Below, piece by piece: positions 26,450-39,967 of a stretch of 64,000 nucleotides of DNA (its first letter is position 1; each line of letters starts with the position of its first letter). Below the pieces are notes generated by a model. The model worked only from the letters and a program-made list of their open reading frames with translations, made no database searches and was not told where the DNA came from. The position numbers were made by a program, and so were the translations under genes. Source of the stretch: Felis catus (lineage: Eukaryota); contig NC_058368.1 of the NCBI RefSeq assembly GCF_018350175.1, positions 99,884,001 through 99,948,000 of the forward strand, read 5' to 3'.

Positions 26450-26620
26450 GAATATTTTGAGTGCTTATTCTGTGATAAGCACTGTGGTAAGTACCCTGCA
26501 TAATTATTTTATTGATTCCTTTCAGTAACCCAAAGGAAATAAGTAGGATCTTGGATTTATAACTGAGAAAATTGACCTAGAAAGGTAAAGTGATTTGCCC
26601 AAGGAAATACAGGAAAGTAA
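26450..26620 (-). mobile_element. MIR SINE
   Basis: ttgagtgctta.tctgtg..aagcactgtg and gagaaaattga...agaaaggtaaagtgatttgcccaagg core. Confidence 0.65.
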
Positions 26621-26704
26621 TACAGAGATGGTAACATACAGATAACAGAAAGAAGACCTGAATATAAGCAGCACTAATGTCAAAGATCCAGATATTAACC
26701 ATAA

Positions 26705-27748
26705 GACATCAAACAATCCTAAGAAATGGCTGAACATGTAAAATGGGCAAAAGCTTTGAATATACACTTCACCAAAGATATATATATGGTTAGCAAAGAA
26801 GTATGACCAAATATACTCAGCATCATCAATTAAAATGGGAATTCAGATTAAAGATACAATGTCATACCAGTATACATCTACTAGAATGGCTAAATTTTAA
26901 GTTTAAAGTGAAATAAATGACAATACCAAGGGTTGCAAGGATATGAAGGAACTTGAACTCTCACATAGTGCTGATGGCCATATAAAAGGGCAAAACCACT
27001 TGGAAAAAGAATTGAAAGTTCCTTAAAAAGTTAAACCTACACTTACCATATGATCTACCCATTACAAGCAAAATATTCACCCAAGAGAAATAAGCTCATA
27101 AAACTACACAAACACTTGTACAGGAATGTTCACAATAGCTTTACTTGAACAGCCAAAAGCTGTAAACAAGCAGAATATTCATGAGATGGTGACAGAATAA
27201 ACAGATTGTGGTATCTCTACACAATGGAATACGATTCAACCGTAAAAACTATTAATACACATGACAATATGGATGGATCTCAAAACCACTGTGCTGAGTG
27301 ATAGAAACCAGGCAGAAAGGTATATACACAGGTTCTATTTATATGAAATTCTATAAAGTGCAAACTAACCTACGTAGTGAGGAAAAGCAGACCCGTGGAT
27401 GGCTGGGATGAGGTGGGGCAGAGAGGCAGGAGGGAGTGATTACATATAACAAGTTGGGGTACCTGTCAGGCTCAGTGGCAGAACATGCAACTCTTGATCT
27501 AGTGGTCATTCAAGCCCCACGTTGGGGGTGGAGTTTACTTAAATAAACAAATAAAAACAAAAATAAAAAATAAAAAAATACATATAAACAAACCTGAGAG
27601 AACTTTGGGAGTTGATGAATATGTTCATTACCTTGACTCTGATGATGGTTTCACAGGCATACCTATGTCAAACCCTATCAACTACTGCACTTGAAGTATC
27701 TGCAGTTTATTTTAGGTCAATCCTATCTCTTTAAAACTGTTAAAAATG
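26705..27748 (+). mobile_element. Old mammalian L1 (L1MC/L1MD-like) 3' region, interrupted by a short SINE
   Basis: Degenerate ORF2 C-terminus (aaatgggcaaaag, ctagaatggctaaa, ttaccatatga) and 3' UTR (aactttggga.ttgatgaatatgttcattaccttga). Confidence 0.8.
27456..27578 (+). mobile_element. Short Can-SINE without a (CT)n body
   Basis: ggggtacctgtcaggctcagtggcagaacatgcaactcttgatct...caagccccacgttggg..tggagtttacttaaa plus A tail; flanking repeats tacatataac / tacatataaac. Confidence 0.85.
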
Positions 27749-27792
27749 TATATGTTGGTTGTTTTGTTTCTATGATTTTTTTAATGTTCCTC

Positions 27793-28006
27793 TTTTTTTT
27801 TTTAATGTTTATTTAGTGTTTAGAGAGAGGGAGAGAGAGAATGAGTAGGGGAGGAACAGAGAGAGAGGCAGACACAGAATCTGAAGGAGGATCCAGGCTC
27901 TGAGCTGTCAGCACAGAGCCTGATGCAGGGCTGGAACTCACAAATCATGAGATCATGATCTGAGCCGAAGTCCAATGCTTAATGGACTGAGCCACCCAGG
28001 CACTCC
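27793..28006 (-). mobile_element. Can-SINE
   Basis: TSD taatgttcctcttt / taatgttcttcttt. Confidence 0.95.
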
Positions 28007-28199
28007 TAATGTTCTTCTTTTAATCTGTGAGAATTACTATCAACATTTTAACGATGGTTTTTTTCTGGGAGAGAAAGATTAGGAATTTTCTGAATTTTCT
28101 TCTGTGAGTTAATACTCATTTTCTCAATACACTACAACAATTACAGATATTCTTTTAAAACCAAATACCAGTTTAAATGTAATTTTTTAAAATAGTTAT

Positions 28200-28440
28200 A
28201 AACAGAGAGGGAGGCAAAACATTAGAGATTCTTAAATACAGAGAACAAACAGGGTTGTTGGGGGGGGTGAGGAGAGGCGAAAATGGGTGGTGGGCATTGA
28301 GGAGGGCACTTGTTGGGATGGACACTGGCTGTTATATATAAGTGATGAATCATGGGAATCTACTCCTGAAGCCAAAAGCACACTGTATGCACTGTATGTT
28401 AGCTAACTTGACAATAAATTATGTTTAAAAAATAAATAAA
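28200..28440 (+). mobile_element. 5'-truncated felid L1 3' UTR
   Basis: Similar to the 3' UTR at 62070-62240 (gagagggagg..aaaacat.agaga, gagaacaaac, ttgacaataaatt plus A tail). Confidence 0.85.
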
Positions 28441-28714
28441 TTGAATTTTTAATTGTCCTTTTTATTTTTAATTTAGTATTTTTTATTTTAGTTGAGACAC
28501 AATGTTACATCAGTTTCAGATGTACAACATAGTGATTCAACTTCTCTACAGCTTTGCTATGCTCACCACAAGTGTATGTATCTGCATTAACAAAAGACAG
28601 GAAAATAACATCAAGTTTAGAGCTAGTTTATTTATTCCTCCTACTTTTCTACAGTATCCTATTTTTCTTTGCAGTAAAGATAAATTTTACATTTAAAAAT
28701 AAAATGTCTTTTTA

Positions 28715-28953
28715 TTCTTTTTTAAGTTTTTATTGTTTTTTATTTATTACTTTTAATGTTTATTTATTTTTGAGAGAGAGAGCTGAGCAGGGGAGGGGCA
28801 GAGACAGAGGGAGACACAGAATCTGAAGCAGGCTCCAGGCTCCTAGCTGTCAGCACAGAGCCTGATCTGTCTGGGGCTGGAACCCACAAACCGTGAGCTC
28901 CTGACCTGAGCCTAAGTCCCACGCTTAACCCACTGAGCTACCCAGACGCCCCC
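28715..28953 (-). mobile_element. Can-SINE ~640 bp upstream of the FTMT start codon
   Basis: Perfect 19-bp TSD aaaataaaatgtcttttta (28696-28714 / 28954-28972). Confidence 0.95.
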
Positions 28954-29369
28954 AAAATAAAATGTCTTTTTAAAAGAAGGCACTGTCTTCTTACAGACCC
29001 TTGGAAATGTGCCTATATACTACTCTGGCAATTATTTCCATACCTACATTTGTTAAAATAACCAGAAAGTCAATTTATAAAGACCCAATTTGGCTGTGGA
29101 CCCCCGCGCCCAGATAAACGTCTGGTGACTTTTGTTTTCCTCTATGTCGCTGCCCTGCCTCCCCCAGGCCTTGGTCTTTCCACAGAAAGAGGTCACAAAG
29201 GGAGGGCAAGTACACTGGGCTTGTGCTTTCTTTTGCTAGTCCTAGTGCCTGCTTTTCTTTTTTTTCTTTTTTTTTTTTTAAACAGCACTTTTAACTTAGA
29301 TGAAATAAGTTACAAACGCCCAAGGGCAGAAATGGGGCAATGTTTCGTTAAATGGAGTTGTCAGGATTA

Positions 29370-29500
29370 TCCGTCTGCGCCCAACCGCGAAAGGCGGGCG
29401 CGCCCCCGCCGCCCTCCGCCTGGAACTCGGCGCCTCTCGAAGCGAAGGCGTGTGCGTGTGTGACGCAGTCGCCATCGCCTAGGGCTGCGTTCTGATGCAG
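29370..29500 (+). promoter_or_regulatory. Putative TATA-less FTMT proximal promoter at the start of a CpG island (~29370-30060)
   Basis: GC boxes ggcgggcgcgcccccgccgccctccgcc (29393-29420); two GCGTG cores (29448, 29454); CRE-like TGACGCA (29461-29467); YY1-like GCCAT (29471-29475); CpG density far above the flanks. Confidence 0.7.
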
Positions 29501-29577
29501 AAGCCCGTGAAGCCTCTGAAGCCACTGGTGCCCAACCGCGCGGTGAGCCGCCTGGGCCTCAGTTTCCAGACTTCTAA

Positions 29578-30318
<741 letters not shown>

Positions 30319-31053
30319 GCCACAGGCTGCCTTCCTTGCTGCCCATGGTGTGCCAAGACCCAGAGTCAGCTGACTCCTGCTTTCTTGCCCTTAAAATGCA
30401 CCTCCACCTTTATATCCTGTTAAACTGTCCCAATCAAGTGACTTGTGGAGAAAATGTATTTAGCCTCCAGTTAACAAGGGCTTTTTTTTTCTTCCTGTCC
30501 AACATCAAGATAATTTTTCTAGCCTGTAAAGTAGCCCAGGATACTATGGTATAAAAAAAGACTGGGAAACAGCTACTGAAAAGTAGATACAAACTTTCTC
30601 CAGTTACCAAATATTATTCCAGACCATGAGCCTTCACTAAAATTCTGTGATTTTCTACTGAACAAGTGCCTGTTATTTTCAAGACTTTATGCTAAAGGCT
30701 AAAATTGGGAAGATGTGTAAGATAAATATACAAACAACTATAACAAGTTGAAGAATATATATAGTACTATAAAGTACTGTGAAAACCATACATGAAAAAT
30801 TCTGTGACAACGTTTACCCTTTCCCGGTATTTTCCAAGAAAAAAATAATGTCTGGAGATGATCTGTTTCTAAAGGATTTTGTGATCAAATTCAAGGAAAG
30901 CTACACAAAGTGTCGATACTAGCCTTAGGAAGTTATGACACATATGAACATTTTAAGGGCTCTGGGAAGTCTGAGAATTAAAAACATCTTGGATTATTTT
31001 TGTTTAGCTCAGTGTTTTCCCAAACCTATCCAATCTCTGCTAATTTGTAGGTG

Positions 31054-31268
31054 TTTTAATTTTTTTTAATGTTTATTTATTTTTGAGAGAGAGAGCGAGA
31101 TAGAGTGAGAACAGCAGAGGGGCAGAGGGAGAGGGAGACCCAGAATCCGAAGCTGACTCTAGGCTCTGAGCTGTCAGCACAGAGCCCCACACCAGATTCG
31201 AACCCATGAACCACAAATCATGACCTGAGCCAAAGTGGGACGCTTAACCAACTTAGCCACCCAGGCGT

Positions 31269-31271
<3 letters not shown>
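31054..31271 (-). mobile_element. Can-SINE followed directly by (TG)n (31272-31302)
   Basis: Poly-T, (GA)n, reverse-complement head ...agccacccaggcgtacc. Confidence 0.95.
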
Positions 31272-31304
<33 letters not shown>

Positions 31305-31775
31305 AATGATGATCTAGGTCTGTCTGATTACAAAGTATACACTTCACCATTGGGCTTTATAGCCTCCCTTTAATGTAACTAACTCCTTTTGACAAAAAGA
31401 GTGACTACACTGCAGAAAACACATTTCTGTGGCCTTTAAAATGGAGGGGGGGTGCGTGGAGGAAGTCACAAAGAAATCCAGAATGAAGGAGGCATCAGCT
31501 GAGCACATGTTTTCTTGGGGGCTGGGGGAAGGAGGCATGAGAAAATGAATGCGAGAATATTTGGTCAGCAGGCCCGGGGCTGGACTAAGAACACTGGGTG
31601 GTGTTTGGATAGATGGGCTGGAGCCAGATGTGGAGGGGGTAGGAGGGGCTTAAGCTTAATGTACTGAGCAATGGCAGTGCTTGAAGGGCTCTCAGCAAAA
31701 GAGTGCTGTGCTAAGAATTGAGCAATCACAAGTTTAGTGGTACAGAATACAAACCCGAGAACAACCTAAATGCCT

Positions 31776-32195
31776 GTGTTAGTTTGGGTCTTCTGAGAAA
31801 CGTGCCAAGATGGGATTAAGTATATAAGAAATGTCTTAGGGGAGACCAAAAGGCCCTTGAGAGAAAATGGGAAAGGAGCTAGAGAAGCAGATACAGCCTC
31901 CAGACTCCATGCAAGTCTGATCCTGGCGGAAGGAAAAAAGGAATGTGGTGCATCGTTGTAAGCAACGTGCTACAAAGCTTTCTGGGAGACCATAGCTGGA
32001 GTCGCTCATCAGAGGAATCCCAGGTCTCCCAGAAATGGGCCTGCCTAAGAACATTTCCGGAACTCTGTTATTGACTGGGAAGTGCAGGCTTGCAACAAGC
32101 TAAGAGATGAATCGATTTTTCTGAGCAGAGCAGCAGGGTCCTTGGCAAATTGTGCTCCCTGTAGTCCCAGATCTGAGAGGCACATGCACATGACT
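31776..32195. mobile_element. Ancient MaLR/ERVL LTR within degraded L1 sequence
   Basis: tgtgttagtttgggtcttctgagaa..tgccaagatgggatta start; cagaggaatcccaggtctcccagaaatgggcctgcct motif. Confidence 0.5.
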
Positions 32196-33299
32196 GCACA
32201 AACTCAACAAAATGGTTTAGATTAAAATGCCATACGTGGAATGCCCTACAGCTATTAAATATGATTTTGCCAAGCACATAATGATGTGAGCAGAAATTCA
32301 CAATGTGTTCTCTTAAAAACGAGAGTATTATGAAACAGGACTATATTATATAATTGTATATAGACAAGTACAGGGGAAATAATATATATGCATACAAAAT
32401 GGAAGTAGATACACCAACAAAGGAAGCCAGACAGCCTCTTAGTGAGATTGTGTTTGATATTCATTTTCTTTAGCTACTTGTCTTTTTAAAATAAATTTCT
32501 TCTTATGGACACCCATTGCACTACTCTCACAACAAGAAAAGTAAAAATATAAGATAGAAAGCAATAGGGCCTGAACATGGCAAAATCAGTGGAAATAGAA
32601 ACAGATGCTGACAGGAATTTACAGGCAGATTATTTACAATTTTGCAAATGAATGAATGGAGAGAGTTACAAAAATGGGGGAAGAAACGAGGGAATTAAAG
32701 TGACAGATCTCAGACCTATGTCACTGGAGAACAGAGGAGCCCAGAATAAAAAGGGATCTTGACAGGAGGAACTACTGGGGTGTGGGGAGTGACAATGATT
32801 TGCTGTTGATTAAGCTGATGGGCCTCCCTTTACCTTCTAGACTTAAAGTTGGTTTATTTTGCTGCATATAATCTTATTACGTATCTTCAGAGAATTTCCT
32901 CTTCAGTTCTTCTGGATGAGTGTTTTCCAGACTACAGATTCCACCCCATCAGTGTCATGAAATTATTTCGTGACTCGCTAGCCACCATTTGTCATTAGAA
33001 CAGATTTGAACTGAAGTGAAAGTAAGTTAAAAAGGGTATTGCCTCCTGAAATTCTTGCTTGCAGTCTCTGTGTGTGTATGTGTGTGTGTTTGCATATTTA
33101 CCTCCTCAGTAATGTTATTTCTTATTCTGTGTTGCTGTCAAAACATACAATAGCCATTGTCCCAACTCTTTTACACATTGTCATTGTGGATCTCTCAGTC
33201 TCCTCCCGCTCAGCGATGTCTGTTGATAATCCCCTTATTTCACTAAGAATTTAGAAGGAATCCCAGGAGAACCTCACACTTCCTTGTCATGGAATTGAT

Positions 33300-33990
33300 C
33301 ACATGCTTGTAATTGTACAAAGCCTTCTGTTCTGCTACAGGGGTTGAAGCATCTATGCCACTTCCTAAAGCCAACCTCCCATGGTGCCCTGAGTCCCAAC
33401 CCTTGAGCTTACTGAAGGACTCCAGGACATCACACCTCCAATTATTCTCTTGCTGGCATTATTCATTTTGCCCTTTCTACTGATTGGTTCCCAGGAGAAG
33501 CAAAGATGGTGTTATTTCTCCTCATCTTTTTTGGACTTACATTCCCTCCAGCAAACGCTAAGCTACCACCCCCTACTTAGTTCTTTTTTCATACTCTTTT
33601 ACAACAAAACTTCTTAAAAAAGTTATTTCTGTTTCCCATCTCCACTTACCCTGTTCTCTCTTGATCCCCTGCAAGTAAGTCTGTGTACGGTGTTTACCCC
33701 CACCCCAACCTTTTTATTTTTCCATCAAGAGCGTCAGTGACTTCCATGATGACAAACCTAGTGCTTCATTTCTCAGCCTTCCTCTCACTCACCCAGCTAG
33801 CAGGACTTGTCATTTCACTCCTCAAACACTTACTCACTGTCATTTGCCTCCCTTTCTAATTGCCCCTCAACTTGCTGAACTTAACACATTAAAGTGTCCC
33901 AGAACTCTGTCCTCTGGATTTCTTCTCTTTATCTATACTTGTTCTTTAAACATCTCCTCCAGTCCTGTAACTTCTTTTTAAATACCTACC
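33300..33990 (+). mobile_element. L2 LINE fragment (5' part; continues after the L1)
   Basis: Pyrimidine-rich L2-like motifs (ctaaagccaacc.cc, gtcagtgacttccat, cttctctttatctatact). Confidence 0.6.
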
Positions 33991-36149
33991 TGTTGAGTTC
34001 TAGTCAAAGAAGGCAATGTAGGAAGACCCTGAACTCACCTCCTCCATGGAACTCACCAAATGACAGCTAATTATAGAACAATTCTTCCTGAAGAACTGAC
34101 CCAAGAGCTAACTGAACAATTTTTGGACAAAGATAGACAGAATGGCAAGAGAACAGCAAGAGAGACAGAGACACAGTAACAAAGGGAATCCCCATTCAGG
34201 GACACTGAGAATGGCAGTGGGGAGGCATAGTACCAAGGGACTGGGGACAGTCCTTGGTTCTTGGGTACAGAAAAAAAAGCCTTGGTTTAAAAGAGTAACT
34301 AGCATATAAAAGAGACAACACTAGAACTCTACCAAATGGAGGAGTGACTGTGGGAGCACTCTCCAGGTTGGAGAGACTAGACAGAGAAGCACATCCTGCT
34401 CCATCTTAAAAGCCTAGACTGGAGCAGGGTCTGGACACCATAACTGGTGGGCCAAGCCCATCATCACAGGGACCCTGAGTACAGCAACCTCAGCAAGCCC
34501 AGGATTCGCAAATCTACACCAGCCTGGGTCACCCTGGGACTCAGGAAAAAGCCTGCAGTTTAAAAGGGCCAAGGAGCTATGGGACACTCTCTCCTCTTCC
34601 ACTTTAAAAACCCAAGACTGGCTCATCGTGAGCCTGCAACCTCAGACAGCCAAGGTCCACAAGCCCAAATCAGCCCCTATGGTGCTGGGTTACAGAAAAG
34701 AAGCCGAGGTTTAGATTTCTTTGCGTTTTTTTTTTTCAGCCTTTAAAAGTTTGTTTTATTTTTATTTTATTTTTAAAATTATTTTTTAAATTACTCTTGG
34801 TTTTGTTTTCATTTTTGTTCTTGTTATTTTTTCTTTTTGTTCTTTGTAGATTTTTTCTTTTTTTCTTTTCCTTATCTTTTTTCCCTTTTCTTTTTTCTTT
34901 TATTATTTTCTTTTTAATATTATTATTTTTCTTTCTGTAAAAAGCCACAAATTAAAAGAGTAGCTAGCATACACAGCCACAGCTCCAGACAGCCAGCAAA
35001 AGTCACTAAGCACACACAGTCTACATAGGAGACACCATACACAAGATTATTCATTCAAATTTAGAAGAAGTAGCTGTTCTACCTAATCCATAGAATCAAA
35101 CAGAAAGTCAAACAAAATAGGAAGATAGAGGAATGTGCTCCAAAAGAAAGGAAAAGAAAATGCCTCAGAAAAAGATCTAAATATAGATAAGCAATGTGCT
35201 TGACAAAGAATTTAAAGTAATGATCATAAAGATACATTGAGTTGGAGAAAAGAATGGAAGAACTCAGAGAGGTTTTCACTAAGCAGATAGAAAATATAAA
35301 AAAGAACTAATCAGAGTTTAAGAATACAACAAATGAAATAAAAAAACATACTAGAGGGAATCAATAGTAGATCAGTGGACGCAGAAGAACATAGTGACCT
35401 GGAAGACAGGGTAACAAAAGCACACAGGCTGAACAGCAAAAAAAGAAAAGAATTTTAAAATGAAAATAGGTTAAAAGATCTCTTAGACAACACTGGGCAG
35501 CATTTGCATTTGCATTACATTTGTATTACAGGGGTCCCAGAAGAAGAGAGAGAAAGGTACACAAAACTTATTTGAAGAAATAATAACTAAAAACCTCCCT
35601 AACCTAGGGAAGGAAATAGACATTCAAGTTCATGCAGCACAGAAAGTTCCAAACAAGATGAGCTGAGAAGTCCACACCACAAAATGTGGTAACTAAACTA
35701 TCAAAGATTAAAGAGAAAGAGAAGATTTTAAAAGCAGCAAGAGAAGCAAAAGTTTATGTACAAGGGAAATCCCATAAGGCTATCAATTGATTTTTCGGCA
35801 GTAACTTTGTAGGCCAGAAGGGAACGGCATGATATATTCAAAGTGCTGAAAGGGGGGGAAAAACTACAACCAAAAAAACACTACCTGGCAAGGGTATCAT
35901 TCAGAATTGTATAGAAAAAATAGCTTCCCAGACAAACAAAAGTTAAAGGAGTTAATCACAACTAACCTCACAGAAAATGTTAAAGAGACATCTTGAAGTG
36001 AAAAAGAAATGGCCATAAGTAGACATAAGAAAGTTATGAATAAAAAGATGTAATATATGACAACATATACATAAAACATGGAGGAGGGAGTAAAAAGGAA
36101 AAGAAGAAAAAAGGAAAAGAAAACTTTTCCTGTCAATGCTTTTCTTTTT

Positions 36150-36159
36150 TTTTTTTAAT

Positions 36160-36193
<34 letters not shown>

Positions 36194-36396
36194 CTATTTT
36201 TGAAGGAGAGAGAGACAGAGCATGACCAGGGCCGGGGGGCAGGGGGAGCACAAAGAGGGAGGCATAGAATTTGAAGCAGGCTCCAGGCTCTAAGCTGTCA
36301 GCACAGAGCCCGCTGTGGGGCTCAAACCCATGATCTGTGAGATCATAACCTGAGTCGAAGTTGGACGCTCAACCGACCAAGCCACCCAGGCGCCCC
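36150..36396 (-). mobile_element. Can-SINE nested in the L1 inter-ORF region, with a ~30-nt T run
   Basis: TSD aatgcttttcttttt on both sides (36135 / 36397). Confidence 0.95.
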
Positions 36397-38799
36397 AATG
36401 CTTTTCTTTTTTTAAGAATGTGTTTGAACTTAAATAATCATCAAATTAATACAGGCTGCTATTTACTTTGGATGTTACATATAAAACTCATGGTAATCAT
36501 AAACTCAAAACCTATGACAGACACACAGAAAATAGAGAAAGAAAGCCGAACTTAACACTATAGAAACTCACCAAAGCCAGAGAAAGAAGAAACAAACAAG
36601 AACTGTAAGAAAAATCAGCAAACTAATTTTAAAACGGCAATAAGTACACAACTATCGATAATTACTTTAGATGTAAAGGGCCTAAATGCTTCAATCAAAA
36701 GACATAGGGTGGCTGGTAGAATAGATTCAAAAATAATAATAACACACAAAAACACAAGACCCATCTATATGCTGCCTACAAGAAACTCACCTCAAACCAA
36801 AAGATACACACAGACTGAAAGTGAAAAGATTGAAAAATATTCACCATGCAAATGGAAGTGCAAAAAAAGCCATATAACAATACTCATATCACAAAAATTA
36901 GACTTTAAAACAAAGACTGTAATAAGAGACAAAGAAGGGCATTACATAATGATAAAGGAATCAATCCCATAAGAGGATATAACAATTGTATATATCTATG
37001 CACCCAACACTGAAGCACTTAAATACATAAAGCAACTATTAACAGGCAAAAAGAGAGAAACTGATGGTAAGATAATAGTAGTAAGAGACTTTAACATCCC
37101 ACTTACACCAATGGATGGATCATCCAGATGGAAAAATCAATAAAGAAACAATGTCATTGATTGACACATTAGGCCAAATGTACATAACAGATATGTACAG
37201 AACATTCCATCCGAAACTGACACAATATATATTCTTTTCAAGTGTACATTGAACATTTTTAAGAGTATATCATATATTAGGCCACAAATAACTCTCAATA
37301 AATTTAATCATATTGAAATCGTACTGTGCATCTTTTCCAACCACAACAGTATGAAACTATAAATAAATCACAAGAAAACACTGGAAAACACACAGACTTA
37401 TAGAGACTATAGAACATGATACTACACAACCAATGGATCAATGACACAATCAAAGAAGAAATTTAAAATACATGGAAACAAATGAAAAGAAAAACACAAC
37501 AGTCTAAGATCTTTAGGACACAGTGAAAGAAAACTCTCAGAGGGAATACATACCAATACAGATCTAGTTCAGGAAATAAGAAAAAGCTCAAATAAACAAT
37601 CTTATCTTATACCTAAAGGAACTAGGGGGGGAAAAAAAGCCCAAGGTGAGTGGAAGAAATGAAATAATAATGATCAGAACAAAAATAAACGTCATGGATA
37701 TTAAAACAATTGAAAAAGTCAATGAAACCAAGAGCTGGCTTTTTGAAAAGATAAACAAAATTGACAAATCCTTAGCCAGACTCATTAAGAAAAAAGATAA
37801 AGGACCCAAATAAATAAAATCAGAAATGAAATAGGAAAATCAACAACTGACATCACAAAAATACAAAGGATTATAAGAGAATACTATGAAAAATAATATG
37901 CCAACAAATTGGACAATCTAGAAGAAATGGATAAATTCCCTGAAGCACACAATATTGCAAAACTGAACCAAGAAGATATGGAAAATCTGAACAGACTTAT
38001 TAAAAGTAACGAAGCTGAATCTGTTAATTAAAAAAAACTACCAAAAATAAAAGTCAAGGGCCAGATGGATTCAAGAGCAATTCTACCAGACATTTAAAGA
38101 AGAGTTAATACCTATTTCTTCAAACTATTCCAAAAAATTGAAGAGGAAGGAAAGCTTCTAAATGCATTCTAGGATATTTTACCAAACACTACCTGATACC
38201 AACAACAGACAAAGACACCACAAAACAAACAAACAAACAAACAAACAACAAACTACAAGCCAACATCCCTGATGAACATAGATGGAAAAGTCTTCAATAA
38301 AATATTAGCAAATCAGATACAACAGTACATTAAAAATATCATTCACCACAATAAGGTGGAATTTATTCCCAAGATGCAAGGATGGTTCAATATTTGCAAA
38401 TCCATCAGCATCATACACCACATCAACAAAACAAAAGATAAAAATCATAGATCATCTCAATAGATGCAGAAAAAGCATTTAACAAAATTCAGCATCAGTC
38501 ATTTTAAAAACTCTCAACAAAGTGTGGTTAGAGGGAATATACCTCAACATAATAAAGATCACATATGACAAACCCACAGCTAACAGCATACTCAATGGTG
38601 AGAAACTGACAGCCTTCCCTCTAAGATCAGGAACAAGATAAGGATGTCCATTCTACTGGAAGCCCTGGCCACAGCAATCAGACAAGAAGAAATAAGAGGC
38701 ATCCATATCATTAAAGAAGTTAAACTGACAGTATGTGCAGATGGCATGATACTATACAGAGAAAATCCTAAAGACTCCACCAAAAAACTACTAGATACA

Positions 38800-38989
38800 G
38801 GGGAGAGTCTGGATGACTCAGTTGGTTAAGTGTCCAACTCTTGATTTTGGCTCAGGTCATGATCTTACCCTGCGTTGGGCTCTGCACTGCTGGCATGGGG
38901 CCTGCTTGGGTTTCTCTCTCTCCTTCTCTCTCTGTCTCTCCCCGACTTGTGCTTTCTCTCTCTCTCAAAACAAATAAATAAACAGTTTT
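38800..38989 (+). mobile_element. Can-SINE nested in L1 ORF2 (RT region)
   Basis: Diverged head and (CT)n; flanking repeats aaaaactactaga / aaaaagctcctaga; ORF2 resumes after it. Confidence 0.9.
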
Positions 38990-39879
38990 AAAAAGCTCCT
39001 AGAAATAATCAGTGGATTCAGTAAAGTAATAGGATACCAAATTATTACCCAGAAGTTTGTAGCATTCCTATACACTAATAATGAAGTAGCACAAAGAGAA
39101 ATGTTAAAAACATCACCATTTATGATTGCATCAAAAAGAATAAAATACCTATGAATAAAGTTAACCAAAAAGGTGAAAGACCTGTACTGCAAAAACTATA
39201 AAAAACTGATGAAACAAACTGAAGATGACACAAACAAATGTAAAGATATTCCATTCTCCTAGATTGAGAGAAGCAGTATTGTTAAAATGTCCATACTGCC
39301 CAAAGCAATCTAAAGATTCAACCAACATACCAACAGCATTGTTCACAAAAGTAGAACAAATAATACTAAAATTTTTATGGAACCACAGAAGACCCAGATA
39401 GCTAAAGCAATCCTGAAAAAAAAGAACAAAGCTGGAGGTATCTTGAATCCCAGGTTTCAAGATATACAGCAAAGCTGTAGTAATCAAAACAGTTTGGTAT
39501 TGTCACTGACACAGTACATATAGATCAAAAGAACAGATGAGAGACTCCCAAAACAAACCCACATTTGTATGGCCAATTAATCTATGACAAAAGAGGCAAG
39601 AATATACAATGGAAAAAAGGCAGTCTCTGTAATAAATGGTGCTGGGGAAACTGGACAGCTACACATAAAAAAAAATGGAGCACTTTCTTATACCATACAC
39701 AAAAATAACCTCAAAATAGAATAAAGACCTAAATATGAAACCTGAAATAATAAAAATACTAGAAGAGAGCATAGGCAGTAATTGTCTCTGACATGAGCCA
39801 TAGCAACATTTTTCTGGATATGTTTATTTTTTAATTAATTAAAATTAATTAATTCATTTTTAATTAATTAATATTTAAT

Positions 39880-39967
39880 TATTTTGGGTGTTCAGTTACA
39901 CATATATATGTATGCATACATATATATGTATGCATACATATATATGTGTAACTGAACACCCAAAATA
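39880..39967. repeat. Perfect 88-bp spacerless palindrome
   Basis: 39880-39923 (tattttgggtgttcagttacacatatatatgtatgcatacatat) is the exact reverse complement of 39924-39967. Confidence 0.95.
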
